DNA from: Octopus vulgaris
Taxonomy: Eukaryota
Assembly: GCA_951406725.2 (NCBI GenBank)
Contig: OX597841.1
Coordinates: 5,518,001 to 5,582,000, forward strand
Reading direction: 5' to 3'
DNA: 64,000 nucleotides
Part shown: positions 12,870 to 27,602 of the stretch, in pieces
How the letters are laid out: the number at the start of each line of letters is the position of its first letter
Numbering within the stretch: the stretch's first letter is position 1
Translations under genes and position numbers: made by a program
Notes under the pieces: model-generated
Seen by the model: only the letters and a program-made list of their open reading frames with translations
Told to the model about the DNA's origin: nothing
Database searches by the model: none

Positions 12870-13212
12870 CTTCATCTGAAAGGGAAGATGGGGCTAGAGA
12901 AAATGTGTCAGTCAGAGTCTGTGTTCAAAAAAAGATGGATGCGTGTTGCACGGATGCTAGGTGTGAAAGGCCTTGCATGATCCCTTAAAAAAAGGTTTCA
13001 GTTAAAATAACAGGGCTCGTGGGGTCGGCTACCCTCTTCTTTTCACTTCATATGTCCCTTTTTGTTCGTGTGTTCTTGTAACTCATTCAATTTCATTTTC
13101 ATTGTAAATAATCCATTCGATTTCACTGTAAATAGTTCCATTTCATCCACATGACCCCCAAATCATTGTATTGTCCCCATCTATGTAAACCCTTATGGGT
13201 AATAAAGAAATA
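12870..13212 (+). mobile_element. L1/Tx1-like LINE 3' end sharing its tail with SINE-B
   Basis: Encodes HLKGKMGLEKMCQSESVFKKRWMRVARMLGVKGLA*, homologous to ~55810-55875. Ends TTGTCCCCATCTATGT..CCCTTATGGGTAATAAAGAAATA. Confidence 0.5.
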
Positions 13213-13277
13213 GCATCTGTATGTATCCTGCATATTTATGTGTTTGCATGTCCGTGGTTGTGTATTTTCTATGTATA

Positions 13278-13483
13278 CTCTCTTTCTTACTCTTTTACTT
13301 GTTTCAGTCATTTGACTGCGGCCATGCTGCAGCACCGCCTTTAGTCGAGCAAATCGACCCCAGGACTTATTCTTTGTAAGCCCAGTACTTATTCTATTGG
13401 TCTCTTTTGCCGAACCGCTAAGTGGCGGGGGTGTAAACACACCAGCATCGGTTGTCAAGCAATGCTAGGGGGACAAACACACA

Positions 13484-13550
<67 letters not shown>

Positions 13551-13708
13551 GACAGGCTTCTTTCAGTTTCCGTCTACCAAATCCACTCACAAGGCATTGG
13601 TCGGCCCGGGGCTATAGCAGAAGACACTTGCCCAAGGTGCCACGCAGTGGGACTGAACCCGGAACCATGTGGTTGGTTAGCAAGCTACCACACAGCCACT
13701 CCTGCGCC
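13278..13708 (-). mobile_element. SINE-A, full length
   Basis: tRNA-like head GGCGCAGGAGTGGCTGTGTGG with B box, central (TA)n/(CA)n, and (AAAGAGT)n-type tail. Confidence 0.9.
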
Positions 13709-14668
13709 TGTGTTTTATTCTAATGTTTAAACAAAATTAAAATAATTCTGTATTTTGTTGAATTTAGCTGTTGATTAATTAAAAAGCTACAATTATATGA
13801 AATGAGTGTAAATTCATGAGTTTTCAAATTTAATTGAAACACCGTAAAATGTTAGCAATCTTTGTAACAAAAGTGTTAAAAATGGGGTCTTTGTTGTGTA
13901 ACATAGTCCTAGATATAATGCTACTGAGAAAGATAGGATGTGTTATGCCACAAATGCTGGTGCCACACAAAGAACCCTTGTACTTGCACCACATAAAAAG
14001 CACTTGTGCTGACCTGGGGCTGAATAACCATGTCCAATTATAATTTTGGAGAGACGGAGTGTTATCGTCCACTATTTTATAGTTTAATATATATAATATT
14101 TTAGCACAATGTGAAGGTGTAGCTCTAGTTTACAAATGTGTATGCTTCTGTTATGTAAATTTTAGTAAATTAAAATGTTCAGTCGTTAAAGTAAATATTT
14201 GTTCCTGCGATTAATCTCTATAGAAATGGTATAAGTTTTCCGCTATTAAATCTCTGCTTTTCAAGTAGCCTCCATATTTTAAACTGATTTTTTTTTCTCA
14301 TTATTTCAGAATAACAGATGACATTGGCATAACAGAAAATGCACCTTCAAACCATTCTATCTTTTAAAGACTGAATGTAAATGTTATATGGAAGAGACAG
14401 CTAGCATTATTTCTATGAATTCATTGTAAAATTCCAATGACATTTTGCTCTGAACTGAGATTATTAGCAAAATTTCTGTGTCATAATCTGGAGTGTATAC
14501 AAAGTGAGTTTGTGTGCTTTAATTAAACTTGGGGTAAATTTTCATAAGTTTTTAGATAAAGGTAACGTTGGACAGTAATACCGTAGCTGAAAAAATGGCA
14601 AAGAATAAATAATAGGAACGGAATCAACAAGAAATATATAGAAATATTTTGATTTGAGAAGAAAAATA

Positions 14669-16945
<2,277 letters not shown>

Positions 16946-16963
16946 TTTAAATCTTTCTCTTGA

Positions 16964-17098
<135 letters not shown>

Positions 17099-17189
17099 TG
17101 ATGTGATATTTGTAACAAATCATTTTCTCAACATAATAATTTAAGAGTACACAAACGTGTTCATACAGGATAGAAGCCACATCACTGAT

Positions 17190-17465
17190 CATCGTCATCG
17201 TTTAACGTCTGCTTTCCATGCTAGCATGGGTTGGACGATTTTGTCTGAGGGCTGGCGGACCAGATGGCTGCACCAGGCCCCAATCTGATCTGGCAGCGTT
17301 TCTACAGCTGGATACCCTTCCTAACACCAACCACTCTTTTTAGGTGCCACTGGCAGGGGGGGGGGCGATCACCTCACTCAAATCTTTTTACACGTGCCAG
17401 TGAAGCGACGTTGGTAACGATCACGCTCGAATGGTTCCCTTTTACATGCCACGGGTATGGAAGCT
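17190..17465 (-). mobile_element. RTE-related 3' fragment shared with the ZNF4 unit
   Basis: The same insertion sits at the same position, inverted, at ~29580-29880. Confidence 0.75.
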
Positions 17466-18675
17466 AATTTGTGGTAAATCATTCTCTCAACATCATGACT
17501 TCAGCGATTGTATCCAGATAAAAGTGTAACTGTATCAGTGTGGAACTTCTTAACAACCACAAACATTTTAAGTACCCACCTGAAGTGAGATGGGCTTAGC
17601 TTTGTGAACTTTACCCATGACAACAACCAAGCCACCCATCATTGGCTCTCTTTCTGAGGTTGTCTTTTACAGCTGTTTGAACTTTTAATGATGCCAACCT
17701 CTTTTATTTTCTGCTTACCACATGAAGGAATATGGTTTAGTGTCAAATTTCTTTCTTCCAATGAAAATTTAAAAACAAACACCGTCTTCTATAATTAAAT
17801 GTATGTACATTGGAAAAGAAATATAACAGTGTGTGATAAGAGCCTTCCCACACTCTATGTTTTATATTAACTCAACTAAACACTGTTGAGATGACTTACC
17901 TCTGTAATAGTTTTAATAAAAGCAATTTCCTCCAGATTTTGAATTTGTTTTGAGTGTGTTGAAACCAATATTGTTATATTTGGGAAGAATCAATTGGTAA
18001 AGTCTATAAACCAGGCATGTGTTAACAGTAATTACCGAGGGTCGGCAGTAGGTGATGTTAATGTTGCAAAACAAAGAAAAAATAAAGCGACTGAGTTGGA
18101 GACTGATTTACTTCTACCTTTATAGTACGGTTAGGGTTAGGTTTGTATGAATGTGCGCAGGGCGTGTACAGCAGCAATACTACGAATAGCTTTAATACTG
18201 TGATTGAAAGCAGTTTTTGATGTTGAACAAAATCCTTGCAAAAGATAGGAATCTTTTGCAGACAAATATAACGCATTATATCATATTTGTATAATAAATT
18301 TTCACAATGCAAGGTTGGAAGTTTAAGGTGTTTTAGATTGTAAGATGTACACGGTGAACGCTATGGACACATAAGAGGTGCAGCAACATCAAAGGAAGAT
18401 TAACCAGGAAGATAGGTTTCACGCTCAGTAGATGCACAGGGGCAATAAACACCACATGCTCAGAAAACAGACTCCATCACATGCCAGGGTAGAAAAACTA
18501 GAAGTAGTTGATAATTTCTGCTACCTCGGTGACCAAGTCTGTAATGGGGGTGGATGTACTGCGGATGGACAAGGAGAGACCCGGCAAATAAAGTGAGTCC
18601 TCAACTGTAACCTACACCAGTGTGTATAATAAATATTGTATAATAAATTTTCACAATGCAAAGTTGGAAGTTTTA

Positions 18676-18896
18676 CCCTTTAGTGTTCAGATTATTCTGT
18701 CAGATGTGATGTTTGTTTATTTTAAATGGTTTGAATTAATCATGCATTATCTTTTAGTTTAGAGATTGCAGTCATGTGATTTTTTTAGTTTTAGAATGAC
18801 ATTGTAGGGCTGAGGTGAGAGGTGAGATCTGGTCAGTTTCAATATAAAACAGGTTAAATATTTTGGCCGGATACGGCTGGTTTGAACGCTAAAGGG
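18676..18896. mobile_element. piggyBac-like MITE
   Basis: TTTA|CCCTTTAG...CTAAAGGG|TTAA; same family as 51351-51760. Confidence 0.75.
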
Positions 18897-19019
18897 TTAA
18901 GGGGTTTTAGATGGAGGTTAGGACAAAACAACGACAACAATAACAATAGCGGTGTTGATGACAACAAGAATAGCGTGGAGGCGCAATGGCCCAGTGGTTA
19001 AATCATGCAGTTCTCTGGT

Positions 19020-20037
19020 TATAGATCAGAAAGATAGGGTTCGAGTAGACAGGGGTGCTAGAAAGAAATTAGATAACATTATATGTAATGATACCAGTGG
19101 TACCTGCCTTAAATATAGAAACAAAGACTGGAATAGGATACAAAGAACTTGTGACAAAGCAAATAGGGCAAACACATGGTATAAAACTGACCAATATCAA
19201 GGAGTGATGTTTGTAGAGGCCACAGCCCATGGAGAACTAGCTCGTAGATTTAGAAAATCCCTGAAGGAGACCAAATTCAACATTAAGATTGTTGAAAAAC
19301 CGGGGAACTCCGTCAGATCACAACTATTATTTCTTTACTACCCACAAGGGGCTGAACACAGAGGGAACAAACAAGGACAGACAGACGGATTAAGTCGATT
19401 ACATCGACCCCAGTGCACAACTGGTAATTAATTTATCTTTAAGGCGGCGAGCTGGCAGAAACGTTAGCACGCTGGGCAAAATGCGTAGCCGTATTTCGTC
19501 TGCCGTTACGTTCTGAGTTCAAATTCCGCCGAGGTCGACTTTGCCTTTCATCCTTTCGGGGTCGATAAATTAAGTACCAGTTACACACTGGGGTGGATGT
19601 AATCGACTTAATCTGTTTGTCCCCTCTGTGTTTAGCCCCTTGTGGGTAGTAAAGAAATAGGTACTTAATTTATCAACCCCGAAAGGATGAAAGGCAAAGT
19701 CGACCTCAGATCACAACTATGTAGGACGCACCCCTTTCAGAATACCATATGCACCAATGATAAATGCATGGTATGTAGGGTTAGCCCTGGCATTAACTGT
19801 GGAACTCGAAATGTAGTTTACAGCATAAGATGCATAGAAGGTGCTTGTAGAGACATGAACATGACGCACATAGGGGAGACATCTAGGAGCATTGCGGAAC
19901 AACCAAATGAACATCGGAGACAATATGACGACAAAAAGCAGTCCTCCATACTCTACCAACATGGAGGCAACTTGGGTCAACTTGACATCCGCATCTTATC
20001 CAAGCACTCAGACAAATATGGAAGTATGTCCTTATAA
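19020..20037 (+). pseudogene. Penelope-like element ORF relic (C-terminal region with GIY-YIG endonuclease)
   Basis: Removing the SINE-B insert (15-bp TSD TCAGATCACAACTAT at 19313 and 19706) joins both ORFs in frame. Cys-rich linker then VVYSIRC..C....HIGETSR......EH, the PLE GIY-YIG signature. Confidence 0.8.
19328..19705. mobile_element. SINE-B composite: plus copy nested in a minus copy
   Basis: Inner copy ~19441-19660 bracketed by GGTA(A/C)TTAATTTATC. Confidence 0.85.
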
Positions 20038-20147
20038 ATGAAACTTCTCCAATACTAAATAGGAAATATAGGTAGTAGATATTATACCCACAGTTTACAC
20101 AGGTAAGAGTAGAATAGTTGGTGGGCTGTTATGTAGACAGATGTATA

Positions 20148-20565
20148 CTCTTTATTCTCTCTTTTACTTGTTTCAGTCATGTGGCTGTGGCCATGCTGGA
20201 GCACCGCCTTTAGTCGATCAAATCGACCCCGGGACTTATTCTTTGTAAGCCCAGTACTTATTTTATCGGTCTCATTTTTGCCGAACCGCTAAGTGATGGG
20301 AACATAAACACGCCAGCACCGGTTGTCAAGCAATGCTAGGGGGACAAACACAGACACACAAACACGCACATACGTATATATATATATATATATACATATA
20401 TACGGCGGGCTTCTTTCAGTTTCCGTCAACCAAATCCACTCGCAAGGCTTTGTTTGGCCCGAGGCTATAGTAGAGGACACTTGCCCAAGGTGCCACGCAG
20501 TGGGACTGAACCCGGAACCATGTGGTTCGTAAGCAAGCTACTTACCACACAGCCACTCCTACGCC
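20148..20565 (-). mobile_element. SINE-A, full length
   Basis: Same head, microsatellite and tail structure as other copies. Confidence 0.9.
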
Positions 20566-21640
20566 ATATGTATGTATGTGTCTGTGTGTGGGTGTATGTA
20601 GAACGACCGTTTGGAAGGAGTGGTGACGATGAATGGCTCTTTTAATACACCAAACGGTCGATTACAATAAAATACGAAAAGTATGAACGTGTACGAGTGC
20701 CAGAAGGAAAAGAAACAACACAACCGGTAGAATGTTAAGAGAAATATTTTATTCCCGTGTTAACATGAGTGTGCGTCATAAGTACATATATCATAACAAT
20801 AGACAGGTCATCATGAATACATAATGTGTATGTGTGTGCATTGAATACAGAACATTGAAAGAGTCTATAACAGGGCGTTAGATGAATGTTCAGACACAAT
20901 GAAGATAAATACCAGTTCGTGGTAAGGTACACAATACTTGAAGTGGTGTAACAAGAAGTTGTGGCGAAGAAGCAGAGCCGGTTGAAGCTCATGTCGTGTA
21001 AGAAGTTGTGGCTACTATGCCGCTGCCGGTTACTTGATGCAGGAAGATCTCGCAGGTTGTACTTGCTGTTAACCGTGGTGAAGTAATTCACAAACAATGT
21101 TGAGATAGAACCTGGGTGTACGTAGAGAAATGTTGTTGACATTAAGACAGAGGTAGCAGAGATGGAGTTCCTGATGCTGCTGGACGAAGTGTTGATGTTT
21201 CTCCATGTGGCTGCTGGAACTGGCTGTGTGCTCTGTGGTCAGACCTTAGGTCTAGAACCAAAAGACCTTGACTCGATGAATCGCTGAAGTTTTATAGCAA
21301 GCTATCGGCGCAAACAGCGATTTAGAAAAGACCATGTCAAGAGACCTTATCAGAAGGCTGAGATTGGCTGGGTTGCACACTGTGCATAATAGAGCAGGAG
21401 ACAAACTGCACCTATACCAACCAATCAGAGTAGTGAACACAACAGGGTCCTAGTTGCCGAAGGCTAGCTGTTATCTACTACGTCCGTTACACTGCTCTGG
21501 ATATGTATGTGTCCAGTTAAGCCATGACTGAGAGAGTGATTTACCACAAAATATCAGTGATGTGGCTTCTATCCTGTATGAATAAGTTTGTGTACTCTTA
21601 AATCACGATGTTGAGAAAAGGATTTGTCACAAATATCACA

Positions 21641-23776
21641 TTAATTTGGCTTCTCGCTTGTATGAATACATTTATGTGATGTTAAGCTACTTCTTACAGC
21701 GAATGATTTACTGCAGATATTGCACTGATATGGTTTCTCTCCTGTATGAATACGTCTATGTATTGTTAAGCTAGAACTTACAGAGAATGATTTACCGCAG
21801 ATATCACACCGATATGGCTTCTCACCTGTGTGACTACGCTTGTGTGTCATTAAACTAGTACTTTGCGAGAATGACTTGCCACAAGTATCACACTGAAATG
21901 GCTTCTTTCCTGTGTGAATACGCTTGTGTGTTATTAAAATACTACTGTCAGAGAATGACTTCTTACAAACATCACACTGAAATGGCTTCTCTCCTGTATG
22001 AGTACGCTTATGAGTAGTCAAATTGCTTTTTCGAGAGAAAGATTTATTGCAGATATCACATTTATGTGGCTTCTCTCCTGTATGAGTACGTTTGTGTGTA
22101 CTTAATGCACTACTTCTAGAGAATGATCTACCACAGGTATTACAGTGATATGGCTTCTCTCCTGTATGAATACGTTTGTGTAATGCTACATCAAGAAGTT
22201 GAGAAAATGATCTGCTACAAATATCACATTTATATGGCTTCTCTCCTGAATGAGTACGTTTGTGTTTTACTAAACTACTACTTACAGAGAATGATTTGCT
22301 GCAGATATCACACTGATATGGTTTCTCTCCTGTATGAATACGTCTATGTGATTTTAAGCTACAATTTACCGAGAATGATTTACCGCAGATATCACACCGA
22401 TATGGCTTCTCACCTGTGTGACTACGCCTGTGTATCATCAAATTACTATTTTGAGAGTATGATTTCTTACAAATATCACACTGGTATGGCTTCTTTCCTG
22501 TATGAATATGCTTGTGAATTATTAAACTACGACTGTCAGAGAATGACTTCTTACAAACATCACACTGAAATGGCTTCTCTCCTGTACGATTACATTTGTG
22601 TACTCTTAAACCACTGCTCTGAGAGAAAGATTTATTGCAGATATCACACTGGTATGGCTTCTCCCCTGTATGAGTACGTTTGTGCGCACTTAAAGCATTA
22701 CTTCCAGCGAATGATTTACCGCAGATATTACAGCGATATGGCTTCTCACCTGTATGAATACGTTTGTGCCTAGTTAATTGCATATTTTGAAGAAATGATT
22801 TACCACAAATATCACAAATGTATGGCCTCTCCCCTGTGTGAACACGCTCATGTTTATTTAAGGTATACTTTCGATAGAATGATTTACCACATTTATCACA
22901 GTGATAAAGTTTCTCTCCTGTATGAATACATTTGTGTGTTTGTAAGTTAGAACCTGCAGTGAATGCTTTACCACAGATATTACAGTGATATGGTTTTTCT
23001 CCTGTATGTGAACGCTTGTGTATAGTTAAGTATTCATTTCGAGAAAATAATTTACTACAGATATCACACTGATATGGCTTCTCTCCCGTATGAATACGTT
23101 TGTGAGATTTTAAAGAATAATTTTTTGCGTAAGATTTACCACAAATGTCACAATGAAATGGTCTCTCTCCTGTATGACTACGTTTATGTACAGTTAGGCA
23201 TCCATTCTCAATGAATGATTTACCACAGACATCACAATGATATGGTCTTTCTCCTGTATGAGTCCGCTTGTGTTTAGTTAAATCATTATTTTGAGGGAAT
23301 GATTTACCACAGATATTACAGCAATAAGGTTTCTCCCCTGCATGAACTCGCTTGTGATATGTGAAAGCATCACATCGAGAGAATGATTTACCACAAATAT
23401 CACAGTGATATGGCTTCTCTCCTGTATGTATACGTCGGTGATTTGTAAATGCACTATTGCCAGAGAATGATTTACCACAGATATCACAATGATATGGCTT
23501 CTCTCCTGTATGAATACGATTGTGTTTAGTTAGGTGTCCACTCTGAGTGAATGATTTGCCACAGATATCACATCTATATGGCTTCTCTCCTGTATGAAGT
23601 CGTCGGTGAGATTTTAAACTACTACGTACAGAGAATGATTTCCCACAGATATCACAGCAAATTTGCTTCTTCCTTGCATCATCAATACGCTTATGTTCTA
23701 TTAGGTTACCATTCTTAGAGAATGGCTTTTTACAGATATTGAATTCAGATGATGGTTTTCCTGTATCTTTAGACAT
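21641..23776 (-). CDS. Poly-C2H2 zinc-finger protein ZNF3 (~24 fingers, 711 aa)
   Basis: Conserved start MSKDTGKP and tandem fingers. TAA falls one finger before the shared ancestral TAG. Putative intron 24163-25084. Confidence 0.93.
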   Translation of the reverse strand: MSKDTGKPSSEFNICKKPFSKNGNLIEHKRIDDARKKQICCDICGKSFSVRSSLKSHRRLHTGEKPYRCDICGKSFTQSGHLTKHNRIHTGEKPYHCDICGKSFSGNSAFTNHRRIHTGEKPYHCDICGKSFSRCDAFTYHKRVHAGEKPYCCNICGKSFPQNNDLTKHKRTHTGERPYHCDVCGKSFIENGCLTVHKRSHTGERPFHCDICGKSYAKNYSLKSHKRIHTGEKPYQCDICSKLFSRNEYLTIHKRSHTGEKPYHCNICGKAFTAGSNLQTHKCIHTGEKLYHCDKCGKSFYRKYTLNKHERVHTGERPYICDICGKSFLQNMQLTRHKRIHTGEKPYRCNICGKSFAGSNALSAHKRTHTGEKPYQCDICNKSFSQSSGLRVHKCNRTGEKPFQCDVCKKSFSDSRSLIIHKHIHTGKKPYQCDICKKSYSQNSNLMIHRRSHTGEKPYRCDICGKSFSVNCSLKSHRRIHTGEKPYQCDICSKSFSVSSSLVKHKRTHSGEKPYKCDICSRSFSQLLDVALHKRIHTGEKPYHCNTCGRSFSRSSALSTHKRTHTGEKPHKCDICNKSFSRKSNLTTHKRTHTGEKPFQCDVCKKSFSDSSILITHKRIHTGKKPFQCDTCGKSFSQSTSLMTHKRSHTGEKPYRCDICGKSFSVSSSLTIHRRIHTGEKPYQCNICSKSFAVRSSLTSHKCIHTSEKPN

Positions 23777-25084
23777 GTCTTCAAGAAAAAAATCAATTTC
23801 TCAAGTTTTTGCATTATTTTTCTCCTCAAATCAAAATATTTCTATATATTTCTTGTTGATTCCGTTCCTATTATTTATTCTTTGCCATTTTTTCAGCTAC
23901 GGTATTACTGTCCAACGTTACCTTTATCTAAAAACTTATGAAAATTTACCCCAAGTTTAATTAAAGCACACAAACTCACTTTGTATACACTCCAGATTAC
24001 GGCAGAAAGTTTGCTAATAATCTCAGTTCAGAGCAAAATGTCATTGGATTTTACAATGAATTCATAGAAACGGTGCTCTTCCATATAACATTTACATTCA
24101 GTCTTTAAATGATGGTACGCTTTGAAGGTGCATCTTCTGTTAGTCCAATATCATCTATGATTCTGAAACAATGAAGAAACATCAGATTAAAATACAGAGG
24201 CTAATTGAAAATCAGAGATTTAATAGTGGAAAATTTATACCATTTCTATAGAGATTAATCGCAGGAACAAATATTTACTTTAACGACTGAACATTTTAAT
24301 TTACTAAAAATTTACGTAACAGAAGCATACACATTTGTAAACTAGACCTACACCTTCACATTGTGCTAAAATATTATATATATTAAACTATAAAATAGTG
24401 GACGATAACACTCCGTCTCTCCAAAATTATAAGTGGACATGCTTATTCAGCCCCAGGTCAGCACAAGTGCTCTTTATGTATATATATATATAGGAGCAAA
24501 ACGTCCCCCATCCTATGGACGGTGCTGAGTTGTCAAACATTTCATCCTAACGTTCACAAAGCAACATGTCTGACCGTCCCATAGGCCTCCCCTTTGAGAA
24601 ACAGATTTAACCTAAATTTGAGACACCTGCAAAAGAGGAGATAAAGATAGACCCTTTTTTTTTTCTTAGTGAAAATCGTGCGGGTGTTAATCTGTAATTT
24701 TACCGACGTTTTTTCTATTCCAAAGAAAAACGATTTTATTCACACAAATACGCAACCGAATAGTTGAAAGTACCAGTAATGATAAGGCTGTTGACTGGGA
24801 GATCAGAAAGAAAATTACAAAAGACTGAGTCTAGTGTAATACAAAATATTTCTCAAACTAAACCATACAACAAACTAACGTTGCAACGATGGACAGGCAA
24901 CAAAATAGGCTTCGTAGATACAATAATTTCATTATATTATATATTATAAATAGCAGCCAAATCACGTACAAAGTAGGCAAATTTCATGTATAAAATGTAG
25001 GACAGACACAAAGAATCAATTCGTCAAAAACAAATGACTACAATATTAAAAGACGAAATATTTTCATTGTTTAATTATACTTAC

Positions 25085-25345
25085 AGAAATGTTGTTATAA
25101 CTCTGTGTGTGGTAGTTGTGAAATATACTTTAAGTGAGTAGAATTGTTGATAAAAGGTATTATAAGTGTTTGTGGTGGACGAGAAATGTTCAAATAAAAG
25201 TGCGTGGTGCTTGATTAAAAGGAATTCATTAAACAATGAAAAGTTTCGACGCGATTAATTAACGGGAATGCAGTTCAGTGCGCATGCTTATGTTGCATTA
25301 CGTCATCCAGCGCGCATGCGTATGTTGTATTAACGCTTTCCAGCC
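25085..25345 (-). promoter_or_regulatory. Promoter and exon 1 of ZNF3
   Basis: GCGCGCATGCGT and TGCGCATGC motifs at ~25279-25322. Donor (ACTTAC on +) at 25079-25084. Confidence 0.6.
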
Positions 25346-25407
25346 GCTGACTGAAGCTTACTTCAGCTCTTTTTCTCTCTCTGGTATTAAAACGATCTCA
25401 GAGATAT

Positions 25408-26005
25408 TGTTACGTTCTGAGTTCAAATTCTACCGAAATCGACTTTGCCTTTCATCCTTTCGGGGTCGATAACTTAAGTACCTATTTCTTTATTACCCAC
25501 AAGGGGTTGAACACAGAGGGGACAAACAAGGACAGACATAGGTATTAAGTCGATTATATATCGACACCAGTGCGTAACTGGTACTTAATTTATCGACCCC
25601 GAAAGGATGAAAGGCAAAGTCGACCTCGGTGGAATTTGAACTCACAACGTAACGGCAGACGAAATACCTATTTCTTTATGACCCACAAGGGGCTAAACAT
25701 AGAGGGGACAAACATGGACAGACATAGGTATTAAGTCGATTACATCGCCCTCAGTGCGTAACTGGTACTTAATTTATCGACCCCGAAAGGATGAAAGGCA
25801 AAGTCGACCTCGGTGGAATTTGAACTCACAACGTAACGGCAGACGAAATACCGCTAAGCATTTCGCCCGGCGTGCGAACGTTTCTGCTAGCTCGCCGATA
25901 AATTAAGTACCAGTTACGCACTGGAGTCGATGTGATCGACTTAATACCTTTGTCTGTCCTTGTTTGTCCCCTCTATGTTTAGCCTTTCGTGGGCAATAAA
26001 GATAT
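25408..26005. mobile_element. SINE-B composite: minus-strand dimer nested in a plus copy
   Basis: Duplicated GATAA(C/A)TTAAGTACC at 25468 and 25897. Confidence 0.8.
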
Positions 26006-26329
26006 AAGATATATTTTGCCATCAGGCAAACGACAATGTGTTACCCCATATGTTACCCCATAATCTGTCGAAGTTAAATAATAAATAAGTTCTTCAGCGG
26101 AATTCTGATTTAAGTACCCAATTTAATGCTTTATGATTATAGTATTACTGGAATTTTCACGAAATTTTCTATGGCAAAAAAAAAAAAGCCTACCCCAATA
26201 AATATTAAAATTTTCACTCTTTCTCGAATTTCATTTTCAAAATCAGTGTCTAAAATGCGGACAGTCCGAATCTTATCACCCGTTTCTGTTTATAATTGAA
26301 AAATAATTTTTAAAAATCCAAATTTTTTT

Positions 26330-26560
26330 AGGAGTGGCTGTGTGGTAAATAGCTTGTTTACCAACCACATGGTCCTGGTTCAGTCCCACTGCGTGGCACC
26401 TTGGGCAAGTGTCTCTACAATAGCCTCGGGCCGACCAAAGCCTTGTGAGTGGATTTGGTAGACGGAAACTGAAAGAAGCCTGTCGTATATATATATATAT
26501 ATATATATATATGCGTGTGTGTGTTTGTCCCCCTAGCATTGCTTGACAACCGATGCTGGT
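26330..26560 (+). mobile_element. SINE-A, 3'-truncated
   Basis: Head and (TA)n present; ends at the foldback element. Confidence 0.85.
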
Positions 26561-26870
26561 ATACAAGCCATCTCAATATGGCTAACCACTAAGGGTGGGT
26601 GTTACTGTAGCTTTTAGCCCCAGGAGATCATCGTCTCCAGCTGGCTTTGGCTCTTATGGTATTTACAAAGGGAGGTCATACCTCTCTCGTCAACCTAAGT
26701 GATACGCACGAACTGCACAGAAAGTGTGCCTAAAGCCAGCTGGGGACGATGTTCTCCTGGGGCTAAAAGCTACAGTAACACCCACCCTTAGTGGTTAGCC
26801 ATATTGAGATGGCTAGTATACTTTACGTTGTCGTGCAGTTACTGTTTACATCTCGTTCAGAGATTTATTA
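26560..26870. mobile_element. Foldback/palindromic MITE
   Basis: ~26560-26651 pairs with ~26729-26821. Relatives at 12362-12482 and 53331-53670. Confidence 0.8.
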
Positions 26871-27054
26871 CTACTTAATAAAGTGTACTCACAGAAATAT
26901 TACCAAGAAACCAACATACGGTCCACAATGGGGCAAGTCTTAGTCCAGCGGTCTCTACAATTGGTCAGTTATAATTTGAACAGCGGTCACAAGTTAAAAC
27001 CGTTACAATGGATATGTCAATGAAAATTTTTAAAAATAAAGGATCCGAGGAATG

Positions 27055-27442
27055 GATGGAAGCACTCCGTCGGTTACGACGACGAGGGTTCCGGTTGATC
27101 CGAATCAACGGAACAGCCTGCTCGTGAAATTAACGTGTAAGTGGCTGAGCACTCCACAGACACGTGCACACTTAACGTAGTTCTCGGGGATATTCAGCGT
27201 GACACAGAGAGTGACAAGGTCGGCCCCTTGAAATACAGGTACAACAGAAACGGGAAGTAAGAGCGAGAGAAAGTTGTGGTGAAAGAGTACAGCAGGGATC
27301 ACCACCACCCCCTGCCGGAGCCTCGTGGAGCTTTTAGGTGTTTTCGCTCAATAAACACTCACAACGCCCGGTCCGGGAATCGAAACCGCGATCCTATGAC
27401 CGCGAGTCCGCTGCCCTAACCACTGGGCCATTGCGCCTCCAC
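27055..27442 (-). mobile_element. SINE-D (tRNA-derived), full length
   Basis: Head GGAGGCGCAATGGCCCAGTGG with B box GTTTCGATTCC. TSD AGGATCCG(A/G)GGAATG. Near-identical to 61636-62027. Confidence 0.9.
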
Positions 27443-27602
27443 AGGATCCGGGGAATGCAACGAAATATGTGGAGCGGGGCCCACATATGTCCTTCAGCAG
27501 CTTAACATTATAATATTCATGGGAGAACTAGTACAGGTAATTCAGCGACTCTTTAAGGCTGCTTGGAGAGGAATCTGGACTTAACCTCGTACATAGCAAA
27601 TT

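Noticed and set aside
20733-21491. Solo LTR with TG...CA ends
   Set aside because: No TSD or primer-binding site, and the terminal TGTAAC is also host 3' UTR sequence in paralogs. Kept only as an unexplained block.
22123-22773. Antisense or alternate-frame ORFs over ZNF genes (MASLLYEY.., MISVVNHS..)
   Set aside because: They are by-products of the 84-bp finger periodicity, broken at varying positions among paralogs.
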